Assembly (NCBI RefSeq): GCF_016432865.1
Contig: NC_067402.1
Span: 16,368,001 to 16,432,000 of the forward strand
DNA: 64,000 nt
From: Antechinus flavipes
Taxonomy: Eukaryota
Direction: 5' to 3'
Part shown: piece after piece, positions 36,036 to 48,170 of the stretch
Layout of the letters: every line of letters begins with the position of its first letter
Numbering within the stretch: position 1 is the stretch's first letter
Made by a program: the position numbers and the translations under genes
The notes under the pieces: generated by a model
What the model saw: the letters and a program-made list of their open reading frames with translations, nothing else
Database searches by the model: none
Told to the model about the DNA's origin: nothing

Positions 36036-36768
36036 TGGAGCCGCTGGATTTGTCCTCATTGTTGCCGGAAGATGACTCGGGGCTGCTGCTGCTCTCAGTC
36101 CGCCGGCGCCTTTCCTTCTCCTCGGCCGCGGCCGCGGCAGCCGCCGCCGCCGCCGCCGCCGCATTCTCCCTGCCGCCGCAGCCGCCGCCGCCGGCGTCCG
36201 AACTTGAAGTTGGCGGGGCTGCGGCCGCCGCCGCCGCCGCCCCGGCCGCCGGGGGCATTTTGTCTGCGCCCTTGTCCCCCGGGTAGTCCGAGGAGGCGGA
36301 GGCGGTCAGGTTGTCCGGGGGGCCGTAGGCGGTCTCGAAAAACTGGTCGAAAGCCTGGGGCAGGACCCCGTTCCTGCCCACCGTGCTATAGAAATTGGAC
36401 GAGGTGCCCGTGGTGCTGGGGTGGTGGTAGACGTTGGCGGAGTTCTTGGCCAGCATGTCGCCCACGCTCGCGCTGCCGGAGGCGGGCAGGCAGTCCCTGT
36501 GCATGAGCTCCTCTGCCGAATAGCAGTGGGGCAGGTTGGCCCGGGGGTGCCATTTACTGGAGGGCTCAATGGCGTACTCCCGAAAGGTCACTTCTCTTAC
36601 AGGTTGTACCTGGGGGAGGTTGGAGGAGTAGGAGTATGTCATGGGGCGAGAAGACGGGGTTTGGGGCAAAAAAGAAGGGAGGCTCGAGAAGTCAGGACCC
36701 GAGACGTAGTAAGTACAACTGGGCAAATACATGTTAGACGAGCAGGGCACGCGCTCATCAAAATCCAT
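36036..36768 (-). CDS. HOXA11: Homeobox A11, exon 1 (733 nt; joined protein 321 aa)
   Basis: [65 protein letters not shown]...[14 protein letters not shown]...SSPESSSG. Donor A|GTAGGT at 36036/36035, phase 1. Confidence 0.98.
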
Positions 36769-36989
36769 CCTGGGCTACCTCGCTCTCGGCGCATTAGCTG
36801 AGCTCCACATGATTCTCTGATGCAGCTGCGTCTTTGAAGCAGATCCGTGAAGTAGAAATTTGGAGACGTAAGCTGACGTGGAAATCTATCCCCATCCTTA
36901 GCAGGGAGGTGCTGGTCATGTGACCAAATGTTGAAATTGACAAGCTGCGAGTCTGGGCCCTTTCCCCCCCTTTCCTCCCCAACCCTCCC

Positions 36990-39900
36990 CCCCCCTTCCT
37001 TTCTTTGTGGCCATCTCAAGGGAAGCAACAGATCGGCACTTGGTATTCTCACCGAAAGCTCAGTAATCTCCAGTGTAACTCATGTTAGCTGGGGCACCCT
37101 CCGAGGACCGCCGGACGCGTGACAAACCTTGCCTTGCTCCCTTTCGGGGGGGGGGGTCCAGCCTCTGCCTCCCCATCCCCAGACTTCAGACCTCGAGGGT
37201 CCGTTTCACCCCTCCCCCCTTTAGCCCGGCGATTGCCTGCTGGCCTTAGCCAAGGTGCTCTCGAGGAGGCATAGGGACTGGGGCTAGGGCCCCTGGGCTT
37301 TCTGTCTCTGGGGCCGTTTCGGCCTCTCTCCCTCTCCCCGGCTTCCTGGACTCCCGCTTCCCGTTGCCTCCCCCCTTTCGTCAAGGTCTCCTGCTTCTAC
37401 TCGCTCCCCTCATTTCCTCCCCCCCACCCCCCCAACCAGTCTATCCGTTTCAGACTAGCTTTCGTCTCTGTGAGTGTGCCGGGCTCGGGGCTTGTCCGAT
37501 TTGCACGGTGGCTCCATTACACGCCCGCATTCACGGTCACTTCCGAGGCGCTCCAATAACTACCCTCCCTTTTCTGGGAGCCTCATCAGTCCCCCAAGGC
37601 AGTTTTCACCCGGGCTTTGCGCGACCTGCTCAGCCGTGCAGAGCGTTCGTCTCACCCGGGATCTTTCTCGCTCTTCGCCCCCACTTCCTCTCTCCCAACT
37701 CCCCCGCCCTCCCCTTCCCACGCTTGCCACCCTCCCCCCAGCTTCGGAGCTCCCTGAAGCAGAGATCTGGACTGGGAGCGAGGTGGGGAGGGGAGGCAGG
37801 CTGCATGCTCTCCTGGATGCCTGGTACTGATGGCTTGGGAAGCCAATGGCCATGAAGCGAGTCCGGGCTCCACAAACACTTCCATTCTTGCTTAATTGCC
37901 ACCAGTCTAGTTAATACGAAATGACATCCAAGGCTCTTTCCCAGAGAAGGCTGGTCGCTCAATGACTCCCCAGCTTCTCTGCACAGGCAGACCCAGACAG
38001 ACCTGGGGAAGGGGTGCCGGGGGAGTGGGGGAGAGAATCGGGGGAGCTGTTTTTGAAACACCAAGGCTTTGCCTATCTTTGCTTGAAAGAAAAGAGAGTC
38101 GGTAGCGACCGCTGGGCAAGACAGAGACTAGAAAGTCTCAGTGTGCATGCCACAGAACGAGGATCACCAAAGAAAACAGGCTAGCCAAAGCCAGTACCTT
38201 CGGAAGGAGGCGGCTGAACGAGAGACAGAGACACCGAAACAGAGACACAGACTAGACAGAAGAGGCAGAGACACAGTGGCAGAGAGACACTTGTGGTTAC
38301 CCCGACAATCTAACTCTCATAGACTTTAGGGAAAGGGAAAGAAGTCAAAGAAGGAGCTGAAAATCCGGGCAGTTTTGCCAGATTTAATTGCCCCGCTTGG
38401 GAGTGAGGGCGAAGAGAGAGGGGGAAATGGATGGCCGTGGCAGCCCGCCACAAAGGGCGCTGCAGAAGTCGGGGTGCTTAGGAATTGATCCTACTTTCCA
38501 TCCCTCTTTTCCTGATTCTTTCCGGGGTAAGGTACCAAAAGGAACTCGAAAAATGAACAGGACTAACCTTTTCCTATCCCCCATCTCTCACTCCCGGAGG
38601 GCAAAAGTATCTACATATCTGGGGGGTGGGAGAAGGGAGATTTGCAGCCTAAATTCAAAGATCTCCAGTATTTAAATGTCAACATCGATTTATTTATTTA
38701 TTGCTGAGCTGACCATAACTGACTTAATAACAAATCTAATCATGTTTGCTCCGGGAAAGAAATATTCTCATTATGTATTTTCTCCAATGATGGTTCACCA
38801 TTCCATTTGAATACCTGCCATAAATATCAATAATACGCAGTAATTACTTTGTAGTGGAGTAAACTAATTTATTAGCATTTATGTTTATTTGCCTTTTTTT
38901 TTTTTTAACAAGGATTACTTCTCACAAATCACATCCCTCGGACACCACCATTTAACGAACTTTAATCAGTGTCTGCGGCAAGAGAACCTTCCGCATCTTA
39001 AGGTTGGCGGGATAAATTTCGGGATGATTCCATCATTCCCAGCTCGCCATTTCTGTCCCCTGTTGCTTGGGTTGAGGCAGATTTAAAGGAATGGATGGTG
39101 TAGAGGAGGGATGGAACTAAGGAGAAGAGAGAAGGAAGTTATAGATCTGAGAACACTGCATTTCAAGAAAAGAGCTGGTTTTCCAGAAGCAACTCCAGCG
39201 TTACGTTTGCTTTCTGCCTGCTCTCCTGGCGGTATCCTTCTCCTTCATTTTCTCTCGGAAAAAGGAAAGGAGGGGAAATAAAAAACAAGCAAAAAAGAAA
39301 ATTGGACTTTTGTGGAGGTTTAGGGTCTCCCCCTTTTTCTTTTCTGTGTTGAGGTTTCGATATAAAAAATACTACTTCCCCCATCGTTGACTTCCCCCAC
39401 CCCCAACCACCCCCTCCCTCCAACAAAAGGGCTGTCTGAAGGATTTCAGTGACTTTGAGATAACAAAGGCGCCACCATCGCAGGCTTCGCCCCGCCCCTG
39501 GGCGATGGCAAACCTATTCTTGCACTTGTATTAGGGCTTTTAAGGCCATAATTGAACACGGGACGTCTAGGAGAACCGAAAACAGTTCTAGACAGACCTC
39601 CTGCTTTATAGCCCTTTGGCAGTCAACTTCAGCCTGGGGTAGAGCAGACAAACCCGCGTTACTCTGCAGGGAGATGGATGCGCCACCCTCTCCACAGCTC
39701 CTGGCTGTCCCTTTTTAATTAGCTGCACCCCTCCCCTAGAGGGAAGAGTGAGCCTGAAAAGGTTGGTATTAGGGTGTCAGTCTGCTTTAGGGTTACCTCT
39801 TCCAGCTCCATAGTTTTTTTCCCATCACGGCAAGGGGGGAGGTTTTCACCTTTACCCCATCACCCAAGATTGTGTATTGGAAACAAAGGATATTTAAGGG

Positions 39901-41100
39901 AGTTTCTGTGCATTGAAGAAAGGAGAGGATGGAGGTGCAGCCAGGGTGGCTGGCCTAAATTGGGGGACTGGCTGTAACTTTGGGTACAGGCTAGGGGGTG
40001 GTGGTACAGAGGTTACTGAGAAAACTGAGCTCTGAATGGTGCATATTTGAACTCCCAGGAGCAGAATTGTCTCAAAAGAAGGCTTTGGAACCCAAGGGAA
40101 GAGGAAAGGCTAACTGTGTTTGGCAAACCTTTTGGGAATGCTAGTGGGAAAGGCTGGGATCGAGAAGGCAGTGTGTGAGGGGATAAGGGGGAACAACCCT
40201 TGCAGTCAGAGCAGTTCTGCTCACAGCTTTATTTGCTGTTAAATGAAACCTAACTCATTACTCTCCCAGCCTTCTCGAAAAGCCTGGGCGGGAGATAACT
40301 GCGGTGGAGAGGGAACTGGCTGTTCTGGCCATTTTTTTACGAACAGGAGAGAATATTCGTTATTGGGGGAGGAGGCCCAAGGCTGTCAGGGGGAAGGGGG
40401 AGAGTTGATTTTGACTTTGCTCTTTGCCTGTCTGAAGCTGTTTCAGGAGGCCCACTCCAAGGGCACAAGGCTCGATCAGCTCCGGGAGAGGGCCAGCAGA
40501 CGTGGGAGGGGCAGGCGAGAACATGGGCACATCAGCTTCCTTTTTCTCAGGTTCTCCAAGCTTCCCCAGGTAAGGCAGAACTCAAGCTCTGATACTTCAC
40601 AGGGCGAGCCGGTCTGCAAGCTACGTTTTCTCAGAGGGAGAAGATTGTCAAATGCCCGAGGAGATAGATCTCACAGACCGCACTCGATTTCCTTAATTTT
40701 ATTGGTCAACATGGAGTCTCTTAAGAGCCTTATGTAAAGTGCCTAAAAATTCCTTTGGAGGAAGGACAACAAAGCCAGGAAGTGAGGACGTTTGGGTTTG
40801 CGTACTTCTGATGAGCAGAGGCAAGGAGGGCAATTCCTTCGGGCTCTTTTGTAAAAAGGGCAAGGTCTCTATGGCTCTGGGAGGGTTGGGCTCCTCTGGT
40901 TCCGTTAGATGCATTTTTTTTTTTGGGGGGGGAACCCATTTTTGCAGAAAATAACGGAAGGGGGGAAAAGAGGCCGCAACTGCAGGCGTCCAAGTCACCT
41001 AGGACAGTCGTGATCCAAAGCAGACTTGGAAATGCGGAAGCGAATAACGAGCGGGGCTGTCCAGAAAAACAAACCAAACCGTCGCCTTGGACTTGGCAGA
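36990..41100 (+). ncRNA. HOXA11-AS: HOXA11 antisense lncRNA locus (boundaries approximate)
   Basis: Synteny (head-to-head with HOXA11). The block GCTTGTCCGATTTGCACGGTG...GGTCACTTCCGAGGCGCT at 37490-37552 resembles the human transcript from memory. Exon structure cannot be established from DNA alone. Confidence 0.4.
38660..38900. promoter_or_regulatory. AT-rich homeodomain-site cluster upstream of HOXA11
   Basis: Dense TAAT, TTTAT and CATAAA motifs (e.g. GATTTATTTATTTATTG, CCATAAATATCAATAAT, CTAATTTATTAG) in otherwise mixed sequence. Confidence 0.4.
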
Positions 41101-44100
41101 GGATCCAGGCTGGGAGCTCGAGCTATTGTCCAGTTTCCCCGGTCTCTCTGCAGCTGGGCCACCGCCACCGGTGGACAGTGGGCTAGAGGAAGGCCGGGAA
41201 GTGCGTGGAGAGCTGGGACGCCGTTTCATCCTCTCACTTTAAACTTGGGCTAGCAATTCCAATCGGAACTGGCCGGTTGGGTTTGTCTGGCCCGATCGCC
41301 TCGGGCTGCCCTTTTCAGGATAGGGACTCTCTGGCCGCCGCTATATGGTAGGTGGGCTCCGCAGGCGAGCTCCCAAAGGGAAGGATGTCCTTTATGCTGC
41401 TCGGAAGTCGCCAATGTCCACACTTTAGTCTGGCTTTTAAATTATACACCTGGTTTTGATTTGGGGTCTTATCACAAATGATTCTCCTATCCACTTTTGG
41501 AAATATTTTCTTCTTCTTTTTTTTTTTCCTTCTTCTCTTCTCTTATTCTCCCTCCTTCCTTCTATTCTTTCCTTTCTCCCTCACTTCCTTCCTTCCTTCT
41601 TTCTTTCCTTTCTTCTTTCCTTCCTTCCTAGACAGGAGGCCATTCTCTCCCACAAGGGCTGACACTTTCGGCCCCCCCCCCCTTTTTTTTTTTTAATCTG
41701 CTCACTAGCAACTAACAACCGAGGCAATTTCTCCTCCAGGATCCGGGCTCAGGAGAAGGCAGGGTTTGTTCGAAATTTGAAGTCACCCATTCGGACACAT
41801 TTTAGGTGCATGGAAATGTCCATCTTATGAAATCTCGACCCAGTGTAAACATCCGCTTGGGTCTCAGCTTGGCTGCCTTCTTGGAGCTGGGACATTAATT
41901 TCGTTAATCCCCCTCCGCAGTCAGCTTCTCCCCACCCCCGGCATGCATCCTCTCTCTCTGCGAGCCCAGTCCTGCTCACACGGATTCGTGCAGCTCCCAC
42001 TCAGACATTTGCCTTCCTCAGGCTACTTTCCTGCCCACGTTCCCTTCCTGGGATCTTCAAGGAAGGATGGCCACTCAAAAGATCGGCCTTTCAAAGGCTC
42101 CCTACCAAGAGGAACTTGGGCACAAAAGAATGGGGAGGGAGAGTTACTGAGGCTGGGCAATTTCCCGCTGGATTCTAGACCAATACAGACGGTCATTACC
42201 CTCGGCTACACTTCAGCTTGTCCTTGGAAAGCCGGATATAAGTGTTTCCCAGAGCAAGCTTCTTTGCCTCTTCCTTCTCCTCTTTTTCCTCTGATTCTAA
42301 GGACCTTCGGAAGATTCTGGTCCAACTTGGGACGGGGTATCAGCTGAAGGTTCTGGGACTCAGCTGGATCCTTCTCATTGTCTGCATTTTCATGTGTATG
42401 TGTGTGTTTGTGTGTGTAGGTGACTGGGGGTGGCTAAAAGGCGGGGTGCTGAATCAAGCTTAGGCTTGGAGTGGAGCAGGGAGGGATTCAATAAGATCAT
42501 TTCCCTGATAATCAAAAAGCTTTTGTTTTGTTTTGTTTTTAATTCCCTTTTTCTCTATTTTATTTTATTTTATTTTTTTTGGTCACTGTCTTGGAAATTA
42601 ATTTGGCCATACTAACTACCACACGATTATCCAAACTTTTGACTCCTCTAAACGACTTTGTCCCCTCTTTCCTCTCCCTCAATCCCTTCAAAGAAAAAAA
42701 AATCTCAAAAAAACAATCAAACCCAGAAGCAACAATGGTTCCTACAAAAACAACACGTTCATTCATTTCTCTCTGTGTCTTCTCCCACAGGTGCAAGACT
42801 CCGAAGGCAACATGTAGAATGAGTAGCTTCATGATGTTGGTGGCTAAAGCCATTTGCCAAGGTATCCTAAACTTCTGCATGCACACATTTATACATATAC
42901 ATATATGTATGTTGTGTATATATATATGTATGTGTATATATGCGTATATATATGTAAACCTTTTTTTTTTTTTTGAAGGGGAGGGAGGTTCTAATCGCTC
43001 ATATTTGGGACTTGCAGATATAGTAAATTGGGGCAGGCCAATTGGGAGCAGCCTAGTTTTCTGTGGAAGTCGGATATGGATGTATGGATGCACTGAAGGA
43101 AACCTCTCCCCAGTATTCCATCCAAGAGAGACCACACAAGTGGACCCATAGCTTTTTCTGTCCTATTTGAAAGTTTAGCTAGGAGCTGCTGTTGTAATTA
43201 GAGATCAAAAATTCAAAAAAACAGCCATGATCACCACCAGGTGCCCTGAAGAATTTGTGTCCATCTCTATGCAACGGCCTCCTCTCAATTCCTCTGCTCA
43301 CAATCTCAGCAACCATACTGCCTTTGACCCTTCCTCATCGCTGCTCAGACAGGGAACACTTTAGCCTTCACTTGGCATTTTTTCTTTATCAAACCATAGT
43401 TAAAAAAAATAACAACAATAATACCCACCTTAATGATATTATTAATTATTATAAATCTTTCCTGCCATCAATATCCTATGAATAATTATCAGTTTTTTCC
43501 CTAAGAACCCCAAATCCTCTTTCCTCTCTCTCTGCCTATAGAACCTCTTTAGCTGACTGGAAGCCAAAGCTGGTTAATATTTTCAGGTCCCTCACACTAA
43601 CTTCGAAGAGGAGCATTAAAAAAAAAATCTCTTTGAGAATTATTTTTGGTCTTATTGCTGTCAAAAGTTGGGAGTGGGAGAGGATATCAAATAAGCAATT
43701 CTTCCAAAAAAGGTTATTTGAGTTCTGACCCCATTCTCCCTCCATCTTTGATTCAAGAAGCTTTGTGGTGAATGACTATATCGATGGAGATATCATTCAG
43801 CCTGATTTTGTTGGCATTTATTTATCAAGAACAAGGTCAGTTTTCCCTTCACTCTTCTCCTGAATGCATCTGGGGCCAACTTTGCCTGGCTTGGTCTGGA
43901 GACCCTTCTAAAACTCAAAGGGAGGACTCTCCCTATCCATTTGGGAGTACTCCCCAGCAAAGTGATTGCTCCAGGCCCTGTTCTAGTCTGTCCAGCCCCA
44001 TTCTCCAACGAAGAAAGCTAGCCCCTGCCTCTGAGGGCCTAGTGGAAAGCCAGTAGCTGGGTACCAGCTGCAGTGGCCCCAGCTCGGCCTTGAACCAGGA

Positions 44101-47100
44101 CTTGCTCTGCTAATGCTTCTATTCTGCTTCCATCAGAAATAAAGGGTAGCCCCTGTCTCGCATGCGTTGTCTCTATTTCTACTATATTTGTGGAAGGGTG
44201 GAGAATATGGGAGCAAGAGGATGAGAGAAAAGAAAGGTCTCTTTAAGAGCACATTTTGTTCTCCTTCATAATTCCGGTTTTTCTTGACTGACTGTCCAGT
44301 GGACAGCGGTTCATATTTCAGTCTGGTTATGACTAACGAAAATAGAGATGTGGCTCTTGGGCTAACGAGCTTCGGCCTGGCCTAGTCATTTCTGGGTCTC
44401 TCCAAGAACTCCACAGACCGCCTAAGTGCACACAATCCAGAATCCTTTCCCCCAGTTAGCAGTGAACAGATGGGGGTGTGTGTATAGTAGGAGGAGGGAG
44501 ATTTCAGAGCTTTTCTTTCCTTTTCAACAATGATTTCCAGGGGCCCCCTTTGGATTCATTTTGAGCCGTCTGGTTTGCTTTAGACATGTGCCAATCATTA
44601 CCTGCAGCAGGGATAAGACTGAACAGCGGGTGGGCAGGCGCGATTAAAAACGCAGACGAGGTATTTCTGAACCACAGACGCCCTAGGAACAAGCAGGCGG
44701 CTGGAAGCCAGTCGGCCTGCTGTGGGGTGTGCTCTGGGCCCTGGCAATCACCCTTCATTTGCGTTTTCGCCAAAACGGGTAAAGGAAAGACAAGAGTTTT
44801 GCCCCAAACACCATCAGGAATCTCTGCAAGATTTGGTTCAGTCCCATCTCAAGGTCTCCAGGGCTCCAAGTCCTGGCACTGAGATTCAGGACCTGTCAGA
44901 CGTAAAAAGAGGTGTGTACTGGGGGGAGGGGGAGAGGATTGTGCAGCAATTGGGTTTTGGAGACCCAAAGAAGGGAGGGAGCCTCCCACACCCACATGGC
45001 ACCCAAATTGTCTCTCCTTTCCACTCGAAGACCCTCTTGAAGGCCTTGTTTTTTTTTTTTTTTTTGCCCTGACCACATTAAAAGGCCTCAGGGGCCTAAG
45101 CCCAAGATGTCCTTCAGCAAACTCAGCTAGATCAGCCTGAATTTTACAAATGGAAAGAGGAAACAAAAGAAAAAAAAATCCGAAAGAAACTGCCCAGGCT
45201 TCAGACTGCCCAGGAGGTCCCCAGACATGATCTCAACCCAGATCGACGGCACAGTTATCTTTCAATGAGTCCCCCCAAGCCCCAAGTCATGCGCCTCCTT
45301 AACCCCCCTTCAAACACTTCAGTGTCCCTCGGTTCTTACCCTTCCGGGTACTGCATGCTCGATGTGGCCGGGTCTTGGAATCGGAAAGCGTCCAGAAAGT
45401 GAAGAGGGGGCAGGCGCTGCATACCTTCTTAGCCCCCATGATCCTCTGATGCTCTTTTTCTCCCTCTCTCTCCCTACCCCCCTCTCTCCCTCCCTTTCTT
45501 TCTGGCTTTCATCTCTCCCCCTTTCCTCCCTTTCTCTCTCTCCCTTTCTCTATCTTTTTTTCTCTCCCTGTCTCTGTCTTTTTCTGTCTCTGTCTGTCTG
45601 TCTGTCTCTTTCTGTAGAAAAAGATGATGAGAAGCCGACCAGCCATCTTCAGCTGCACGGTTTGTTTCTTCAGGCACTTCAGCGGGCGGCAGGGAGGTGG
45701 GGGGTGGGGGAGCACGTAGATGGACGGTTTTCAAAACAAAACAATCCCCTCCCAAAGGAAAAATACAATAATAAAAACGCGTCGGTACTCCAAGCAGCCA
45801 GGTTTGCTCGCCTTCAACGTTTTGCCAGGAATTAATGAGTCTGAGAGAGAACAAAGTCACAAAGAAAGACTGCACCGTTGCAGCCGCCGGCTCCATTTCT
45901 CCCACCCCCAGAGTCTAGGGTGGGCTCTAGAGAGGCCAGTGTCCCCTCTCTCTACTCCTTTCCAGCACGGCAGAGGGCCTGGCCACAGACATGACCGTGG
46001 ATGGCGCGCAAGAGGACTTGACCTTTACGCCGCTGAGGAGGGCGCTTTCTTTCACTATACAGAGGGAAGGGGGGGGGCAGGGAGAGGGAGGGGGGAGTGA
46101 AGGAGGGCGGAGGAGAGATCCTCTTTATCTCGGGAACTTTCCAACGCTATTCCGTCCAATAGCAATCGGGACAGTTCCTATTCCTGTCTGCCAGTCTTGG
46201 GTAAACGAGAGCTTCCTCTCCCCAACCCACTATCTCCAGCTTCTTACCCTCTTTCCAATCAGTCCCAGGCTTTGTGTAAAGTGGCCACCCTGCCTGAGAG
46301 ACTGGGGCCACAATGACGGTGAAGAGCAGAGCCTCCCCCCCCCCCCATTCTCCACCCCCCCACCCCCCAGCCTAACCAGATCTGAAATGCAGCTACCTTT
46401 TACTACTCCTAAGTCACCGGAGGCTGGTCCTCTGGCTCTTCCATCACTATAGGATCAAATGTGTTCTGCCACATTCAACCTAGAAATCAGGGTCTCTGGC
46501 CTGAGGTGAGAGGAGAAGAAAAAGGCCAAAGAGTCGAAGCTCCAGTCCCTCTTCCCTCCAACCCTTCTGCTAACTTGCACCCCTTATGACCCAAGGAGGC
46601 CGGGTCTTCAGAAAGGGTCTGTGCCGAAGGCCCTGTAACGGAGGGCTCCCTTGTTTTGCCTTTGCCTTCTCCCTCAAACAAAATAAACCTTATCGCATCC
46701 GAGAATTAGCGTTCTTAGTCGTGGCCTTTTAGTGCCTAAACACGAGGCCCGAGAGAGGCCCTGCTGGGCCTGGAGCCCGAGTTCTAGGACTGGCTGACCG
46801 CCGCTAGCTCTCCAGGCAGACCTTCTGAGCCTCCAGAGAGGCCGCCGGCAACTCTCGGGGCCACCCTGCATGGGCAGGGGCTCCGCAGGCGGCCCAGGGA
46901 ACCCAGAACTCCCAGAACTCCGAATAGCGCCTAAACAAATACAGGATTTTCCAGCGGAAGTATTTGGGGGAGAAAAACACAGTTTCTTTTCAGCCAGTCT
47001 TAGAATTCCTTTTAGGAAATATGTCGCTGTCAAGTTTTATTTCCCGTTGCAAACCGCCTTCTACTCTGCCAAGAATTAAGACGGAGAGCGATTAAATACC

Positions 47101-47929
47101 CACTTATTCTCTTGTCGGGGGCCCGGACCCGGTGAGGGTGGGAGCCCGCACAATCTAGCCAGCCATTCGTTTTACTGTGTCCGTCCTCCTTCAACAACAC
47201 CCAAATGAATCCCATCTTTCAGAACCCAACTCCAAGGCTGCAGTGACGTCAGCATACATCAACTGAGAATGCCAGCCTTCAGCTAGGGCTAGGGTCGGGA
47301 AGAGCCTGCCTGAGCCTTGGGAACCCTCCCTCCCCTGCAGGCCCCCCCAGTCCCACGCCCCCAAAACGAGTCTCGCTGCCAGCGCCCCGGGGACCCAGGT
47401 AGACCCCCCCTCCCCCTCCAAGCCTGTTTTCTATTCGCACCACACACACCCCTTCCCTCCCGCCTAGAACTCCTGTCAAGATCTCTCTTCGGGTACCATT
47501 TTGCTCCGACTTCGCTTTGTAGCCGGGATTTATGCACGCGTCCCAAATGAAAGGAAAGCCTGGTGCGTACGCGTGTGACAAATCCCCGTCCAAACCACCA
47601 TCCCTTCCGTTCTCCCTATCTCGCCTTTATTCCCCGGGGCCTTTTTGGACGTCCTGCTCCTCCTCGAAAGGCGTTTGCGAGTCTGGCTTCCTGCGCCTCA
47701 GCTCGGAGCGGGCGATGGCTCGGCGGCCCCAGGGCTGTGCCCGTAAGCGGCCCAACCGAGGAAGGCCTGCGCCCGCCGGCCTAGCGGGGTTTGGGGCAGA
47801 GGAATATTGACGTTTTCTCAGCTTTTCTCTTCTTCCACGGCAATGAACGTATCACGCAGCTCCACCGTCTCCCCGATCGTCCTCGGTGGGGAGAAGGTGC
47901 CGCGTCCGCCGAAGGGGGCCCTTCCCGTT

Positions 47930-48170
47930 TCGGGAGGAATTAAGCAGCTATTATTTACGCGGCGGCCGGAGCAGATGAAAACTTAATTGGCGTGCCCGTC
48001 CGGGGAGCGCGGCGTAAATCTCTCCCCGCCTATCGGCTGCATCTCTGCTTATGAAAAATGGCACCGGAGCGAGCGGCCGGGCGTTTCTCGGCTCCTCCGC
48101 CAGGTCCGGGGCTGTTGACACGCATTCGATCAAGTTTAAAGGAATGCGCATAAATCAGTGGGGGGACCGG
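47930..48170. promoter_or_regulatory. CpG-rich candidate enhancer in the HOXA11-HOXA13 interval
   Basis: CpG-dense with TTATTTACG, CTTAATTGG, GCGTAAAT, CTTATGAAA and GCATAAATCA (PBX-HOX-like) motifs. A perfect CRE TGACGTCA lies nearby at 47244-47251. Confidence 0.4.

Noticed and set aside
42560-43151. Two overlapping 190-aa ORFs as a novel protein-coding gene
   Set aside because: They start at TTG/GTG, include a (TA/TG)n microsatellite translating to YIYIH-like runs, and resemble no known protein. Only the internal splice signals were kept as a finding.
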